NCBI GenBank assembly: GCA_963845755.1
Contig: CAWJTV010000033.1
Location: 160,001 to 224,000, forward strand
DNA from: an uncultured Planctomycetota bacterium
GTDB lineage: Bacteria; Planctomycetota; Planctomycetia; Isosphaerales; Isosphaeraceae
Direction of reading: 5' to 3'
DNA: 64,000 nucleotides
Under the pieces are notes generated by a model, which was given only the letters and a program-made list of their open reading frames with translations, ran no database searches and had not been told where the DNA came from. Below are positions 10,555 to 22,400 of the stretch, piece after piece. A program made the translations under genes and the position numbers. How positions within the stretch are numbered: the first letter of the stretch is position 1; each line of letters begins with the position of its first letter.

Positions 10555-13464
10555 TCACGCCCGGAGATGTGCCTTCAGGAACGAACCGGTGTGTGACACC
10601 TTGCACGCGGCGACCTCCTCCGGCGTGCCCGTCACCACGACCTCACCGCCCGCGTGACCGCCCTCCGGCCCCAGGTCGATCACGTGGTCGGCCGTCTTGA
10701 TCACGTCCAGGTGGTGCTCGATCAAGAGCACCGTGTGCCCGGCGTCCACCAGCCGATTCAAGGACTCGAGTAGCCGCTGCACGTCGGCCAGGTGCAGGCC
10801 CGTCGTGGGCTCATCGAGGATGTATACCGTGTGCTTCGATCGCTGGAGCTTGCTCAGCTCGGTGGCGATCTTGATCCGCTGCGCCTCGCCCCCGGAGAGC
10901 GTCGTCGCCGACTGGCCCAGGGTCAGGTAGCCGAGCCCGAGGACATTCAGCACCTCGATCTTCTTGCCCACGACCGGTTCACCGGCGAAGAAGACTGCTC
11001 CTTCCTCGACCGACATGTTCAGCACGTCATCGATGGTCTTGCCGCGTAGCATGACCTCCAGGGTCTCGCCGTTGAACCGCGCCCCCTTGCATGCGCCGCA
11101 GGTCACCTCCACGTCGGGCATGAAGTAGAGCTGCGTGGTGATCACCCCCTCTCCCTGGCACTCCTCGCACCGGCCGCCCTTGACGTTGAAGCTGAACCGC
11201 CCCGCCTTGTAGCCGCGTTCGACCGACAGCGGCGCCCTGGTGAAGAGGTCGCGGATTGCGTCGTAGAAGCCGATGTAGGTGGCCGGGTTCGACCGACTGT
11301 TCCGTCCGATCGGCGATTGATCGATGTTCACCACCTTGTGCACGTGCTCGAGACCGTCTACACCATCGTGCTCGCCGGGCAAGGTACGTGTATCCACAAG
11401 CCGCTTCCAGAGCGCCTTGTAGAGGACCTCATTGACCAGAGTGCTCTTCCCCGAGCCGGAGGCGCCGGTGACCGCCACCAGCTTGCCCAGGGGGAACGTC
11501 ACATCAGCCGCCTTGAGGTTATTCTCCCGGGCGCCGCGCACGGTCAGCGACTTGCCGTTGCCCTTTCGGCGGTGTTTCGGCGTGGAGATCGAGTCGCTTC
11601 CCCGAGAGGAACTGACCGGTCGGCGACGCCTTGCACGCGAGCACGTCCTCGATCGTCCCCTGCACGACGACCGTGCCGCCGTGGACCCCCGGCCCGGGAC
11701 CCATCTCGACCAGATGGTCGGCGGCGCGGATCGTGTCCTCGTCGTGCTCCACCACGATGACCGTGTTCCCGATGTCGCGCAGGCTCTCCAGCGTGGCGAT
11801 CATCTTCACATTGTCCTTCGGGTGCAGGCCGATGCTCGGCTCGTCGAGCACGTAGAGCATCCCCATCAGGCCGGAGCCGATCTGTGTGGACAGGCGGATC
11901 CGTTGCGACTCGCCGCCGGAGAGCGTGCCGGAGCGCCGGTTGAGGTTCAGGTAGTCCAATCCGATGCCCAGGAGCACCTCGAGCCGGCCGCGGAGCTCCT
12001 TGAGCACCTGCCGGCCGGCGTCGGCGCCGCGGCCGGTCGGTTTGACCGTGCCCAGGAACGCGTGGAGCTCGTCGAAGTTGAGCTGGCCGAGCTCGTGGAT
12101 GGTCTTGCCCGCGATGGTAAAGCAGAGCCGGGTGGCCCTGACCCGCGCGCCGTTGCAGTCGGGGCAGGTGTGCTCGACCATCACGTTGTCGAGCCAGGCC
12201 TCCATCCCCGAGTTCACCTCGCCCTTCTGCCGGTAGCGACGGTATCGCCGCTCGATCCGCCGGGCGATCCCGCCGAAGCCGACCTCCTTGCCCTCCCAGT
12301 CATCCCGACTCCCTTTCGCCTCCGGGGGCGAAGCGAGCTTGATCTTCTGATCGATCCCGTTGAGGATCGCCTGGCGCACCGGCTCGGGAAGGCTCTCCCA
12401 CGATGTATCGACGGAGAAATGGAGCGCCTTCGCCAGGCTGAACATGACCCGTCCGTCCCAGGTATCCGGGTTGTACTTGAACGCCTCGCGCACGAAACAA
12501 CCGCCGCGGATGCTCCGCCCCGGATCGGGGACCAGGAGCTCCGGGTGCGTCAGCTTGTCGACTCCCAGGCCGCCGCAGGTCCGGCACGCGCTCTCCGGGT
12601 TGTTGAACATGAAGTACTCGGGCTGGATGTCCCCGTAGACGAAGTGGTGCGTCGCGCTGCAGAGTTCCCGGTAGAACCGCTCGCACTCCGCCTTGCTCGC
12701 GCCCTTGACGATCTGCGCCTGGAGAATTCCGTCACCCACCAGCAGAGTCGCGGCGATCGCGGCCTTGATTGCCTTCTCGTGCTTCCGGCCGACCACCAGC
12801 CGGTCCACCACCGCGTCCATGTGCCGGACCTTCGATCCGTCGAGCTCGACCGGCTCGGAGAGATCCACCGGCTTGCCGTCGACGATCAGCCGCCGACACC
12901 CCTTCTTCCGAACCTCGGTCAGGACGAAGTCGAGCTCCTCGCCGTACACCGCGAACACCGGCGCGCGCAGCTCGATCTCCGTCCCGTCCGGGAGCGACAG
13001 GACGGCTTCCAGGATCCGGCTCGCCGTCCGGCTGGGTGTCGGCTCGCCGGTGCGCGGGCAGCGCGGCTCACCGATGGTCGCGAACAGCAGGTTCAGATAG
13101 CTGGCGATATCGGTCATGGTGGCGACGGTCGATCGCGGGTTGCTGGCGAGGGTCTTCTGCTCGATGGAGATCACCGGGGACAGGCCGAAGACGAAGTCGA
13201 CGTCCGGCTTGGCGACCTGGGCGATGAACCGCTTCGCGAAGCTGGACAGCGACTCCATGTACCGCCGCTGCCCCTCGGCGTAGATGGTGTCGAATGCCAG
13301 GCTCGACTTACCCGAACCCGAGAGCCCGGTGACGACGATGAGCTTGTCGCGCGGGATCTCGACCGAGATGTTCTTGAGGTTGTGGACGCGCGCACCCTGG
13401 ACGGCGATGGTCGTGCGCGCGGGGTCCGGGATGCGCTTCGCCTGGCGGTCGACCTAGAAGCCAT
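10555..13464 (-). CDS. uvrA: Excinuclease ABC subunit A (UvrA-family ABC ATPase), frameshifts near 13420 and 11590
   Basis: [33 protein letters not shown], zinc-finger CxxC pairs, [21 protein letters not shown], second Walker [31 protein letters not shown] and [10 protein letters not shown]. The ATG at 13464 overlaps the upstream stop codon. Confidence 0.9.
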
Positions 13465-14389
13465 CCGGTCTGCCCTCGAGGTGAAAGAAGGCTAACTCCT
13501 GCACTTCGATGTTGCTCCTCCTGGTGAGCTGCACCGGCACGGAGGCCTTGCCGATGAGGCCCTGGTCGGCCAGATACTCGCACGCCCCGGTGACGCCGCC
13601 GAAGTCGAGGTTTCGCCGGAAGTGGTCTTCGAGCTCGGTGCATGACCGCGCCTCGCCGACCTCTCGGAGGTGTTCGATCACCGGCCCGAACAAGGTCGTT
13701 GCGCGCTCGGCCAGGTAGCGGTCGACCGACGCCAGCGCCTCCTGGACATTCTTTCGCGTCTTCTTGCTATTGAGGAGGTCGGCGTAGACCGTCTTGAAGA
13801 ACGCCGGGTTCAGCTTCATCGCCTGGGGGATCACTTCTCGGTCGGCGAGAAGCCTCCGGCCGATGACCTCGATCTGCGCCAGCGGCGTCGCGGCATAGAG
13901 GATCCACAGCGCCGTGTATTCCAGGTCGCCGCGGATGAGGAGCCACTTGTGAGCCTTGTAGATCGGCCCCAGTGCGTGGGTCGCCGCGCGCAGGAGCTGG
14001 ACCTGCGTGTCGCGCTCGCCGATCTCGCGCATCTGAGCGCAGAGCTCGGTGATCGTCTCATCATGAGTGAAGAGGAGCCGCCCCTTGGCCAGGAGCGAAT
14101 GCATGAATGAGTTGCGAATCGACCCTTCCGCCGTCTTGCGGAACTCCGCGCGTGGGACGAGGAGGGCGTGGACGTTCAGCCCGTCCGCATCGAGCGCCAG
14201 GTCTCCGGCCTGCACCTTCTTGTCGTCGATCGTCACCAGCACCAGATCGATGTCGGACTTGGCCCATACCTTGTCGTGCGACAGGCTGCCACAGAGGATG
14301 GCCGCCAGGACGGAACGGTCTTTCTTCACCTGCTCGAGGAGCGCCTCGAGCGCCTCCCTGAACCTTTCCTCGATCGGCTCCTGCCTCAT
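13454..14389 (-). CDS. Pol-beta-like nucleotidyltransferase domain protein with a helical middle region and a probable C-terminal winged helix
   Basis: [23 protein letters not shown] matches the hGS-x-DhD NTase signature; the C-terminal [22 protein letters not shown] resembles a wHTH. Confidence 0.7.
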   Translation of the reverse strand: MRQEPIEERFREALEALLEQVKKDRSVLAAILCGSLSHDKVWAKSDIDLVLVTIDDKKVQAGDLALDADGLNVHALLVPRAEFRKTAEGSIRNSFMHSLLAKGRLLFTHDETITELCAQMREIGERDTQVQLLRAATHALGPIYKAHKWLLIRGDLEYTALWILYAATPLAQIEVIGRRLLADREVIPQAMKLNPAFFKTVYADLLNSKKTRKNVQEALASVDRYLAERATTLFGPVIEHLREVGEARSCTELEDHFRRNLDFGGVTGACEYLADQGLIGKASVPVQLTRRSNIEVQELAFFHLEGRPDGF

Positions 14390-14676
14390 GCCCCACCGCC
14401 GCCGCTATTGGTATCCACAACCTGTACGCTTCCGTACGTACTCCTCTCGCCCATTACTCTATCAAGGTAGCCGGCCTTAGGCGAGGGAAGCTTCGGTCGC
14501 GGCGAATTCTTTGCTCCGGGTTCACGATTTCGTGTAACCGGAAGGCGGGATTGACGCTCTTTTACATTGTGAGAGTAGGTGCGCATCGGCCGCAGAGCCC
14601 AGGTGATAGCCCGTGGGCACGGTTCACGATTCATCGGTCGGACGACCAATCTCCTACACCTGCTGAGACACTACCA

Positions 14677-15529
14677 ATGTTCCAAGCACTCAAGAAGATC
14701 ATGCGTCGGGTGGGGTTCGATAGCCTGGAACGTCGGAAACGTCGCTACGCGCCATCCCTCGCCGTGTCCGCGGATTGTCTCGAAAACCGGCAACTTCTGT
14801 TCGACGGGGCTCGGGAAGGAGCACGTCGCCCCGACCGCGGCGGCCCCGAGACCCGAGGTCCGTTCGCCGCTCAGGAGCAACTCCAGTCCGTCCGCCGCGG
14901 AGTTGCTGGTCATATCGCAATACGAGTCGATCCTGTTCCGCGCACCCACGGCCAGCGAGCTGAATGGCTGGGCAGGGGAGCTGAGCACCGGGTCGATCAG
15001 CAAGGCCCATCTTCGCAGCTCCCTCCTCGAATCCCCCGAGCGGCAGCAGTTGCTCATGAACGCGGGTGTCGACCTCTTTGGATCCTCGGCTTCGTTCGTG
15101 GGCTCCCTCTACGCGAACATCCTGCACGAAACGCCGACCGTGGCTGGCATCAATCAATGGGTTCACAAAGTCGGTACGGGCTTGAAACGAGAAGGTGTGG
15201 CTCAGGTTTTCATCACCGCGGCCCGGGCTCGCGGGATCAGGATCGGGAACTCGGCGTTCCCCCCGACAACCCCGGTCACGACGGACGTGCCGACCCCGAC
15301 CCCGACCCCCATTCCGGTCTCACCGACGCCGACGCCCATTCCCACGCCGACGCCGGCGCCGCCGGCGCCACCGCCCATTCTGAGTCCGACCCCGACACCC
15401 ACGCCGACTCCGACTCCGACTCCGACACCCACGCCGACACCGACACCCACGCCGACTCCGACACCCACACCGACTCCAACGCCCACGCCGACTCCAACGC
15501 CCACGCCGACTCCGACTCCGCCATATTAG
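14677..15529 (+). CDS. Secreted protein with LENRQLL leader, DUF4214-like helical repeats and a Pro-Thr tail (frameshift near 14800)
   Basis: MFQALKK...RRKRR...CLENRQLL leader, then [19 protein letters not shown] and [22 protein letters not shown], then a long (PT)n run. Confidence 0.72.
15290..15522 (+). repeat. Degenerate hexamer tandem repeat (CCNACN) encoding a Pro-Thr linker
   Basis: Runs such as ccgactccgactccgacacccacgccgaca; only third codon positions vary, so the repeat is coding. Confidence 0.9.
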
Positions 15530-15644
15530 AAACGCGGAGTCGGTAACAATGTCAGTCAAGGAGAGCGTAAATCGCTAATTATTGCGGCGAGATGCACGCT
15601 CTCGTGATGCGTCAAACTTGAAAGCGCGGCTCCCGAGCCGCATC

Positions 15645-17673
15645 CTATCCCAGGGCCTCCGGGATCAATCGCTCGGCAGGCCGATCGGCGCCATCCGACG
15701 AGATCATCGGGTGTGGGGGAGCGGATTGGGCTCCTTCCCGTCCGGGTCGTGCGATCAACATCGGCACATCCAGGCCATGGCGGACGCGGTCGACCGTCTG
15801 ACCCAGGAGCAGGTCGCGGACCAAGCCATGGCCGTGCGAGCCGACCACGAGCAGGTTGACCGGGTCGCGGCGCAAATGCGCGACCAGCTCGCCGGCCGGG
15901 TCGGGACCGTAGAGCAAGACTGACCGCGCCGAATAGCCTCGATCGCGCAAGGCGTCCACCAGATCGGACAGGTAACGCTCGTCGGCGGAGGTCTCGCGGT
16001 CCGCCGTCTCGGGGCCCAGGACGCGAGCCATCGCCGTGTCCACGACATGGAGCAGGATCAGCTCGGCCGGGGTGCTCTGGCTCTGGGCCAGGCCCAGCGC
16101 GCGGTTGAGGATCTCCGCGTCGGCCTGGTTATGTTCCAGAGCCACACCGATGCGGGCCAGGGCGCGGGGTCGCAGCGCGGCCATCCAGTCGAGCTTGACG
16201 GCGGCCTGTGGCAGCCATGCGGGCGATGGCCGCACGACCGGCTTGATCGTGACCCAGAGGAGCAATACCCCCACGACGGCCGTCAGGCCGTACAATCCCC
16301 ACGCGACCAGCCAGCTCAACGGGATCGGGCCCATTCGGGTCGCGCTCACCGGCCGCCAGGTTGACCCACTCACCGACCTGATCCAGTACGAGTTTGCCAT
16401 TGAGCGCGACGATGATCGCGGCCGTCGTCCAGGCCAGGATCTGTCCCCACCACGGCGTGGCGAAGACCCCCATGTTCTTCCGGTTCGAGGTGAAGTGAAT
16501 CAGCGGGATCACGGCGAACGAAAGTTGCAAGCTCAGGATCACCTGGCTCAGGATGATCAGACCTTGCGTCGACTGCTCGCCGGTCATCGAGATGACCAGG
16601 ACCGCCGGAATCAGGGCCAGCAACCGCGTGATCAGCCGACGAAGCCAGGGAGCCATCCGCAGGTGCAGGTAGCCCTCCATGACGATCTGGCCGGCGAGCG
16701 TGCCGGTCAGCGTCGAGCTCTGGCCGGCGCACAAGAGGGCGACGCCGAACAAGATCGGTGCGACCGGACCCAGAAAGCGCGGGAGCAGCTCGTGAGCCTT
16801 CTCGATGCTGGCGACTTCCTGGACGTTGTGGAACGCCGCGGCACTGACGATCAGGATCGCGGCGTTCACGAAGAAGGCCGCATTCAGTGCGATCGCCGAG
16901 TCGATCAAGTAGTACCGGCAGGCGACCGCCTTGCTCTTCCGGTCGGAACCGATCCGGCGCGTCTGCACCAAGGCGGAGTGCAAGTACAGGTTATGGGGCA
17001 TCACCGTCGCGCCCAGGATCCCGATGGCCACATACAAGGCTCCCGGCGGCAAGGTGGGCCGCAGCCCCGAGACGACGCCCGCGAAATCCGGACGGGCCAG
17101 GACGATCTGGATCAGGAAACAGGCCCCGATCGTCGCCACCAGGGCCAGGATCACGGCCTCCACCTGTCGCATCCCCCAGCGCTGCAAATACAGCAGCAGG
17201 AACGTGTCGAACGCAGTGATCAGACATCCCCAGAGCAACGGCAGGTGGAAGAGCAACTTCAGAGCAATGATCGTCCCCAGGATCTCGGCCAGATCGGTCG
17301 CCGCGATGGCGACCTCGGCCAGGACCCAGAGGATCGCGTTGATCGCCGGCGAATACTCGGCGCGGCACGCCTGGGCCAGGTCATGACCGGTCACGACCCC
17401 CAGCCGGGCGGCCAGGGTCTGCAACAGGATAGCCATCACGTTCGACATCAGCAGGACCCAGATCAGCGCATAGCCGAACTGCGCACCGCCAGCCAGGTCC
17501 GTCGCCCAATTCCCCGGGTCCATGTAACCAACACTGACCAGGTAGGCCGGTCCCAGAAACGCCAGGAATTGCCTGATCCGCGGGCTCGTCCCACGCACCG
17601 ACGGCACCGCGATCGAACCGTGCACCTCCTCCAGCGACCGCCGCTCCGGGGAGGTTTCCTCAACCATCGCCAT
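15645..17673 (-). CDS. mntH: Nramp divalent metal (Mn2+) transporter with a fused C-terminal USP domain (frameshift near 16340)
   Basis: GPAYLVSVGYMDPGNWATD, GATVMPHNLYLHS, GQSSTLTGTLAGQIVMEG and SQVILSLQL; C-terminal LILLHVV..LLVVGSHGHGLVRDLLLGQTVDRV (USP). Confidence 0.9.
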
Positions 17674-17853
17674 CGATCCGCCTCGTCATTCCTTCCAGAT
17701 ACCCGATTTGATCCCGGCTCCCCGTGACCGACGCCTTCCTGCTTTTATTAGCTTGCCGCGGACGTCGCTTCGGCTTGATCCCACGGTTGGCCCTTTCCCT
17801 TATAACCAATCTTTCGGTTTCCTCCAAGACCTTCTTTCAGATAGAAAAAAGAA

Positions 17854-17872
17854 TTTTTGGGTAAGCCAAAAA
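17854..17872. promoter_or_regulatory. Palindromic operator TTTTTGG-N5-CCAAAAA upstream of mntH, candidate DtxR/MntR-family box
   Basis: Perfect 7-bp arms in the AT-rich promoter region about 180 bp upstream of the mntH start. Confidence 0.5.
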
Positions 17873-18025
17873 CGTAAGAGGTTCTTTGCATTCATGGCCC
17901 TCGTACCGTGAACGGGAGCACTGGCAGACGGGACAGGGTCAGTTTGCATGATGACGGAGGGTATAATGTGGGAGTGGGAGAGGAACGGGATCAGGCGGGA
18001 ACTCGTCGAGGGGAGGGGACTACTG

Positions 18026-18487
18026 ATGCGCCACTTCTTAGCCATCGTGAGCTGGCCTGCATTGGTGATGGCTGTTGTGATCGGCCTGGGGGTGTCAACA
18101 CGAGAGGCGCGAGCTCAGGGCCCGGCAGGAAGCGCCTACATGAACTCATACCGGGTGAGCAGTTACTACATCGCCCCTGGCTGGTATGGGACGAGCTACG
18201 GCTTCGCTAGCTATGGGATGCCACAGACCTACTCGGTGTACTCGGCCTACCCAGGTCCCTCTTACGGCTCGAACTTCCCACCGTATGGACTGCTCCCCGG
18301 ACGCTACGGGGTCGGCCTGTGGCGGCCGGGGTATGTCGCCCCTGGATACGTCTACGGTGCGTCGTACTACCCATCATCGGCGTTCGCCTATCGGACGTTC
18401 CCTCTCCAGTACGGGGCGCCTGGGGGCGCACTCGCCGCACCCCCATCGATCGGAGTCTATGCGCCGGCGCAGGGCCCAGGTTGGTAA
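18026..18487 (+). CDS. Secreted Tyr/Gly/Pro-rich small protein
   Basis: GGAGG upstream of the ATG; signal peptide ending REARA-Q; YG/YP-rich mature part. Confidence 0.7.
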   Translation: MRHFLAIVSWPALVMAVVIGLGVSTREARAQGPAGSAYMNSYRVSSYYIAPGWYGTSYGFASYGMPQTYSVYSAYPGPSYGSNFPPYGLLPGRYGVGLWRPGYVAPGYVYGASYYPSSAFAYRTFPLQYGAPGGALAAPPSIGVYAPAQGPGW

Positions 18488-18837
18488 GTGCCCGGTCAGA
18501 AGGGTCTGGCGTCGAGTGGTCGTGAGCCCAGAAGCATGGATGTATCTAGTGGTTCTGGCATCCCTGTTTCCGGTCGTTGTCTCACGGAACGATCATGGCG
18601 ACAGGCGTATCACGACTTCCCCCCTGGGTTCGTAAGGGGCACCAGGGAAAAACCAGGTACGTAGACTGCACCTCGAGTGCGACGACCTACCTATGAAATG
18701 CGCTCTGAGGTTCAAGGTCGCTGGATGACGCTCCATGCATGATGCCGTCAAGGCTCTCCGAGAGGTTAACAACGCCCCCAGTCATCCCGATTCCCATTTT
18801 CCGGTCCCGGTTTCTGACGGGCGCGCGGATAAAGGGT

Positions 18838-19476
18838 ATGGGATGCTTCATCGAGAAATTGCCTGACGATTCGAACGACCAGATCAAGCCGCTCCGCGGC
18901 GGCGACGGCCAGGCGCTGGCAACGCTCTCCGAACAGCATCGGCAGCGTCTCCGGCGCATGGTGGAGCCGCGGCTGGACCCGCGACTGCGAGCCCGATTCG
19001 ACGCCTCGGATGTCGTCCAGGAGTCGTTCCTCGACGTCGCCCAGGACCTCGACGCCTACCTGGCCGACCCGAAGCTCCCTCCGCTGCTCTGGCTGCGTCT
19101 GCACGTCGGCCGCCGGTTGACGACGTTGCATCGCCAGCACCTGGGCACCCGGATGCGGGACCCAGGAGTGGAGATCTCGCTTTATCAGGACGCTCTGCCC
19201 CAGGCCAGGGCTGCCGCGCTGGCCTCGATGCTGCTGGGTCAACTCACCTCGCCGATCCAGGCGGCGGAGCACGCGGAGCCGGTGCTGCGCGTCCAGGCGG
19301 CCCTGAACAGTCTCGACTCCATTGACCGCGAGGCGCTCGCGCTGAGACATTTCGAGCAGCTCAGCCGTGCCGAGGCGGCCCAGGTGCTCGGGATCAGTCA
19401 GGATGCGGGAGCGAAGCGGTATTTCCGCGCCCTGAAGCGGCTCAAAGCCCTACTGTTGACCATGCAAGGTGAATAG
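18838..19476 (+). CDS. ECF sigma-70 factor of the planctomycete kinase-associated type (start uncertain: 18838 or TTG 18859)
   Basis: RLDPRLRARFDASDVVQE (sigma2) and DREALALRHFEQLSRAEAAQVLGI..KRYFRALKRL (sigma4); ends 14 bp before the kinase gene. Confidence 0.88.
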   Translation: MGCFIEKLPDDSNDQIKPLRGGDGQALATLSEQHRQRLRRMVEPRLDPRLRARFDASDVVQESFLDVAQDLDAYLADPKLPPLLWLRLHVGRRLTTLHRQHLGTRMRDPGVEISLYQDALPQARAAALASMLLGQLTSPIQAAEHAEPVLRVQAALNSLDSIDREALALRHFEQLSRAEAAQVLGISQDAGAKRYFRALKRLKALLLTMQGE

Positions 19477-19490
19477 GAAGGCGCCTGACG

Positions 19491-22400
19491 ATGTCCACGG
19501 AATCCGGTACGCGCGACTACGGCCGGTTCGACGAGCTCGCCGAGGAGTTCGTCCAGCGGTATCGCGGGGGCGAGCGGCCGAGCGTGCAGGAGTATGTCGA
19601 CCGCCTGCCCGAGATGGCCGACGAGATCCGTGAGCTCTTCCCGGCCCTGGCCGAGGTCGAACAGGTCGAGGGCGACGCCCGCGAGGACGCGCTCCAGCAG
19701 CAGCGTCCCGCCGTCCCGCGCCTTTTGCAGATAGGCGATTACCGGATCCTCCGTGAGGTCGGCCGAGGCGGCATGGGGGTGGTGTACGAGGCCGAGCAGA
19801 TCTCGCTGGGCCGCCGCGTGGCCCTGAAGGTCCTGCCTGGGCAGGCGTCGGGCGACCGGGTGGTCCAGGAGCGGTTCCGCCGGGAGGCCCGCGCCGCGGC
19901 CAGGCTGCACCACACCAACATCGTCCCGGTCTACGAAATCGGCCAGGACGGGGATTTCCGCTTCTATGCCATGCAGTTCATCGATGGCCTGGGGCTCGAT
20001 GCGGTCATCACCGAGCTGCATCGGCTCCTGGACCGGGCCCGATCCCAGTCCGGGATCAAGGCGGCCTCCGGGGGCTGGTCGCGGCGGCCCCGGGGAAAGC
20101 CCTCCCGGCATGGTATCGACACGCCGACTCTCGGCGACGGGATCGAGGTCAGCGCGGTGTTGCGGTCCATCCTGACCGGTCGGTTCGACCCGGGCGGCCG
20201 CGGGCCGGATCCGGCGGGTGACTCGCCGTCGATGCGGGCCGGGGACCCCGCCGAAGGCCTCGCGGCACCGACCGGGACCGGGACGGACCGTCCCGCGTCC
20301 GGATCCGACGGCGCGCCGACGCGGACCTCGGCCGGCAGTGCGGCCTCCGGCGACGCAACTGGCCCACAACGGGCGCAGCCACCCGAACCCGACTTCTCAA
20401 AGTCCCCCTCCCCGTCGTCGACCTCGGCGATCCTGCCCGGGGGGACTCAGCTCTCCTCGGTCGAGTCGGGCCGGCGTGGGTTCTTCCGCAGCCTGGCTCA
20501 GATCGGCCGGCAGGTGGCCGGAGGCCTCGCCTATGCTCACGCACGCGGGATCGTGCATCGGGACATCAAGCCCTCGAACTTGCTGCTGGACACCGAGGGC
20601 GTGGTCTGGATCGCCGACTTCGGCCTGGCCAAGGGGGATGACGAGGGGCTGACCCACACCGGCGACATCCTGGGCACGCTCCGCTACATGGCCCCCGAAC
20701 GCTTCCGGGGCGAAGGGGATACCCGGGCCGACGTCTACGCGCTGGGGTTGACCCTCTACGAGCTGCTCACGCTGCACGCGGGCTTCGAGTCGTCGGACCG
20801 GCTCAAGCTGATCGAGCAGATCAAGACCGAGGAGCCGCCGAGGCCCCGGTCTATCGATGGGCGGATCCCGCGGGACCTGGAGACGATCGTCTTGAAGGCG
20901 ATCGAGAAGGACCCCAAGGCGCGGTACCAGACGGCCGAGGCGATGGCGGAGGACCTGGGGCGGTTCCTGGCCGACGAGCCGATCAAGGCCCGCCAGGTCG
21001 GCGCCGCGGAGCGATACTGGCGGTGGGCGCGGCGCAACCCAGCGATCGCCGTGCTGGGCGGAGTGCTGACGGCGCTTCTGGTCGCGGCAACGGTCGGCTC
21101 GCTTATCGTCGCAGGGAACATGGCCCGCCTGGCGGAGAACGCGCAACACGCAGCGCAGTCCGAAACATGGTCGCGTCTGGATGCCGATCTGGCCCGCGAC
21201 GCGGCCCGCAAGAACGAAGGGGAGGCGATCGCCGCCCGGGACGTGGCGAAGCAGGCCCGCAACGCCGCCGCCCACCAGGCCGCCGGGCTGCTGCTCGACC
21301 GTGGGATCGAGGACGCCCACGGCGGGGAGCCAGCCCTGGCGTTGCATCTCTTCGTCCAGCGCATCCGGGCGCTGCCGGCCGGCGACTCGCTGGCGGCCCC
21401 GCTCGGCGGCGTGATCCGCGCGAACCTGACCGCCTGGGCCGAGACCGTACCGGCGCTCGAGTCCATCTGGCCGGGCGGGATCCACTACACGGATATCGCC
21501 TTCAGTCCCGAAGCCGATCGAATCGCCATGGCCACTGCCGAGGATGAGATCCAGTGCTTCCAGACCGACTCCGGTCGCCCGGTCGGCCCGCCGGCCAGGA
21601 TACCCGACGGGGTGGGTGAGTCGATCGTGTTCGCGCCCGATTCGCGGAGCCTATGGATTGCCTCTCCCCACCGTCGGAAGAGGGGCGCCGCGAAGTGGGC
21701 CATCCACCGCCTCGACCCGGTGTCGGGCCGCCCGGTCCAGCCGCCAATCCCGACCAGTGGGCCCGTCCTCGATCTGAGCGTCAGCCCGGAGGGACGATAC
21801 CTGGTCGGGTCAGTCCTCGGGCTCCGCCCGGACGATCCGGGTCCCGGTCCCCCCGGGAGCTTGTTGAACGACCACCAGTGGCGAACCGCGTCGATCATGG
21901 TGTGGGAGATCGCCAGTGGCCGGGTCGTCCGCAAGGTAGACGTCAGCGCCGAGTCATGCCTTTCGTTCATGGGCCTCTCGCCGGATGGAAGATCGGTGAC
22001 CGCCTGGGTCTCGCGCGAGCCGAACGCCTTCGAAGGGATCACCTTCACCGTGGACGGAGATGAGCCTCCGATCCGCCTCGGGCCTCATCCACTGGCACCG
22101 AGTAATCCATGGGCACTCAACTTCCAGAACAACAGGCGCACCGCGCTGGTGATCAAGGACGACCAGATCCACCGCTGGTCGGTCATGAATCCTGGCGTCG
22201 TCGGTCCTGGCCTTTCTACTCCGTTCCGCATGATGTATCGCGAGCCGGCGCCGGACGGACGGTCCGTGATCTCTCTCGAGCAGGGCCGGGTGTACGATGT
22301 CGGCGCCTGGCCACCTCGACCATCGCGAGTTCGGTTTGCTCATCCGGGTTGGGTGAATAATGTCTACAACGGCGACCTTGTCCAAGAGGCAGAGAGTCGA

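Noticed and set aside
11432..13495. Long plus-strand ORF opposite uvrA, and similar long antisense ORFs (5757-7001, 16036-17727, 31895-34186, 56644-58305)
   Set aside because: Shadow frames typical of high-GC coding DNA, with no recognisable motifs
14422..14441. GTAC repeats upstream of the NTase-uvrA operon as an SOS box
   Set aside because: They do not match the LexA consensus sequences I know and are too short to support a call
15202..15559. GV-, ES- and R-repeat ORFs on the minus strand
   Set aside because: Antisense shadows of the Pro-Thr repeat
17674..17850. yybP-ykoY Mn riboswitch upstream of mntH
   Set aside because: The conserved riboswitch motifs were not recognisable by eye
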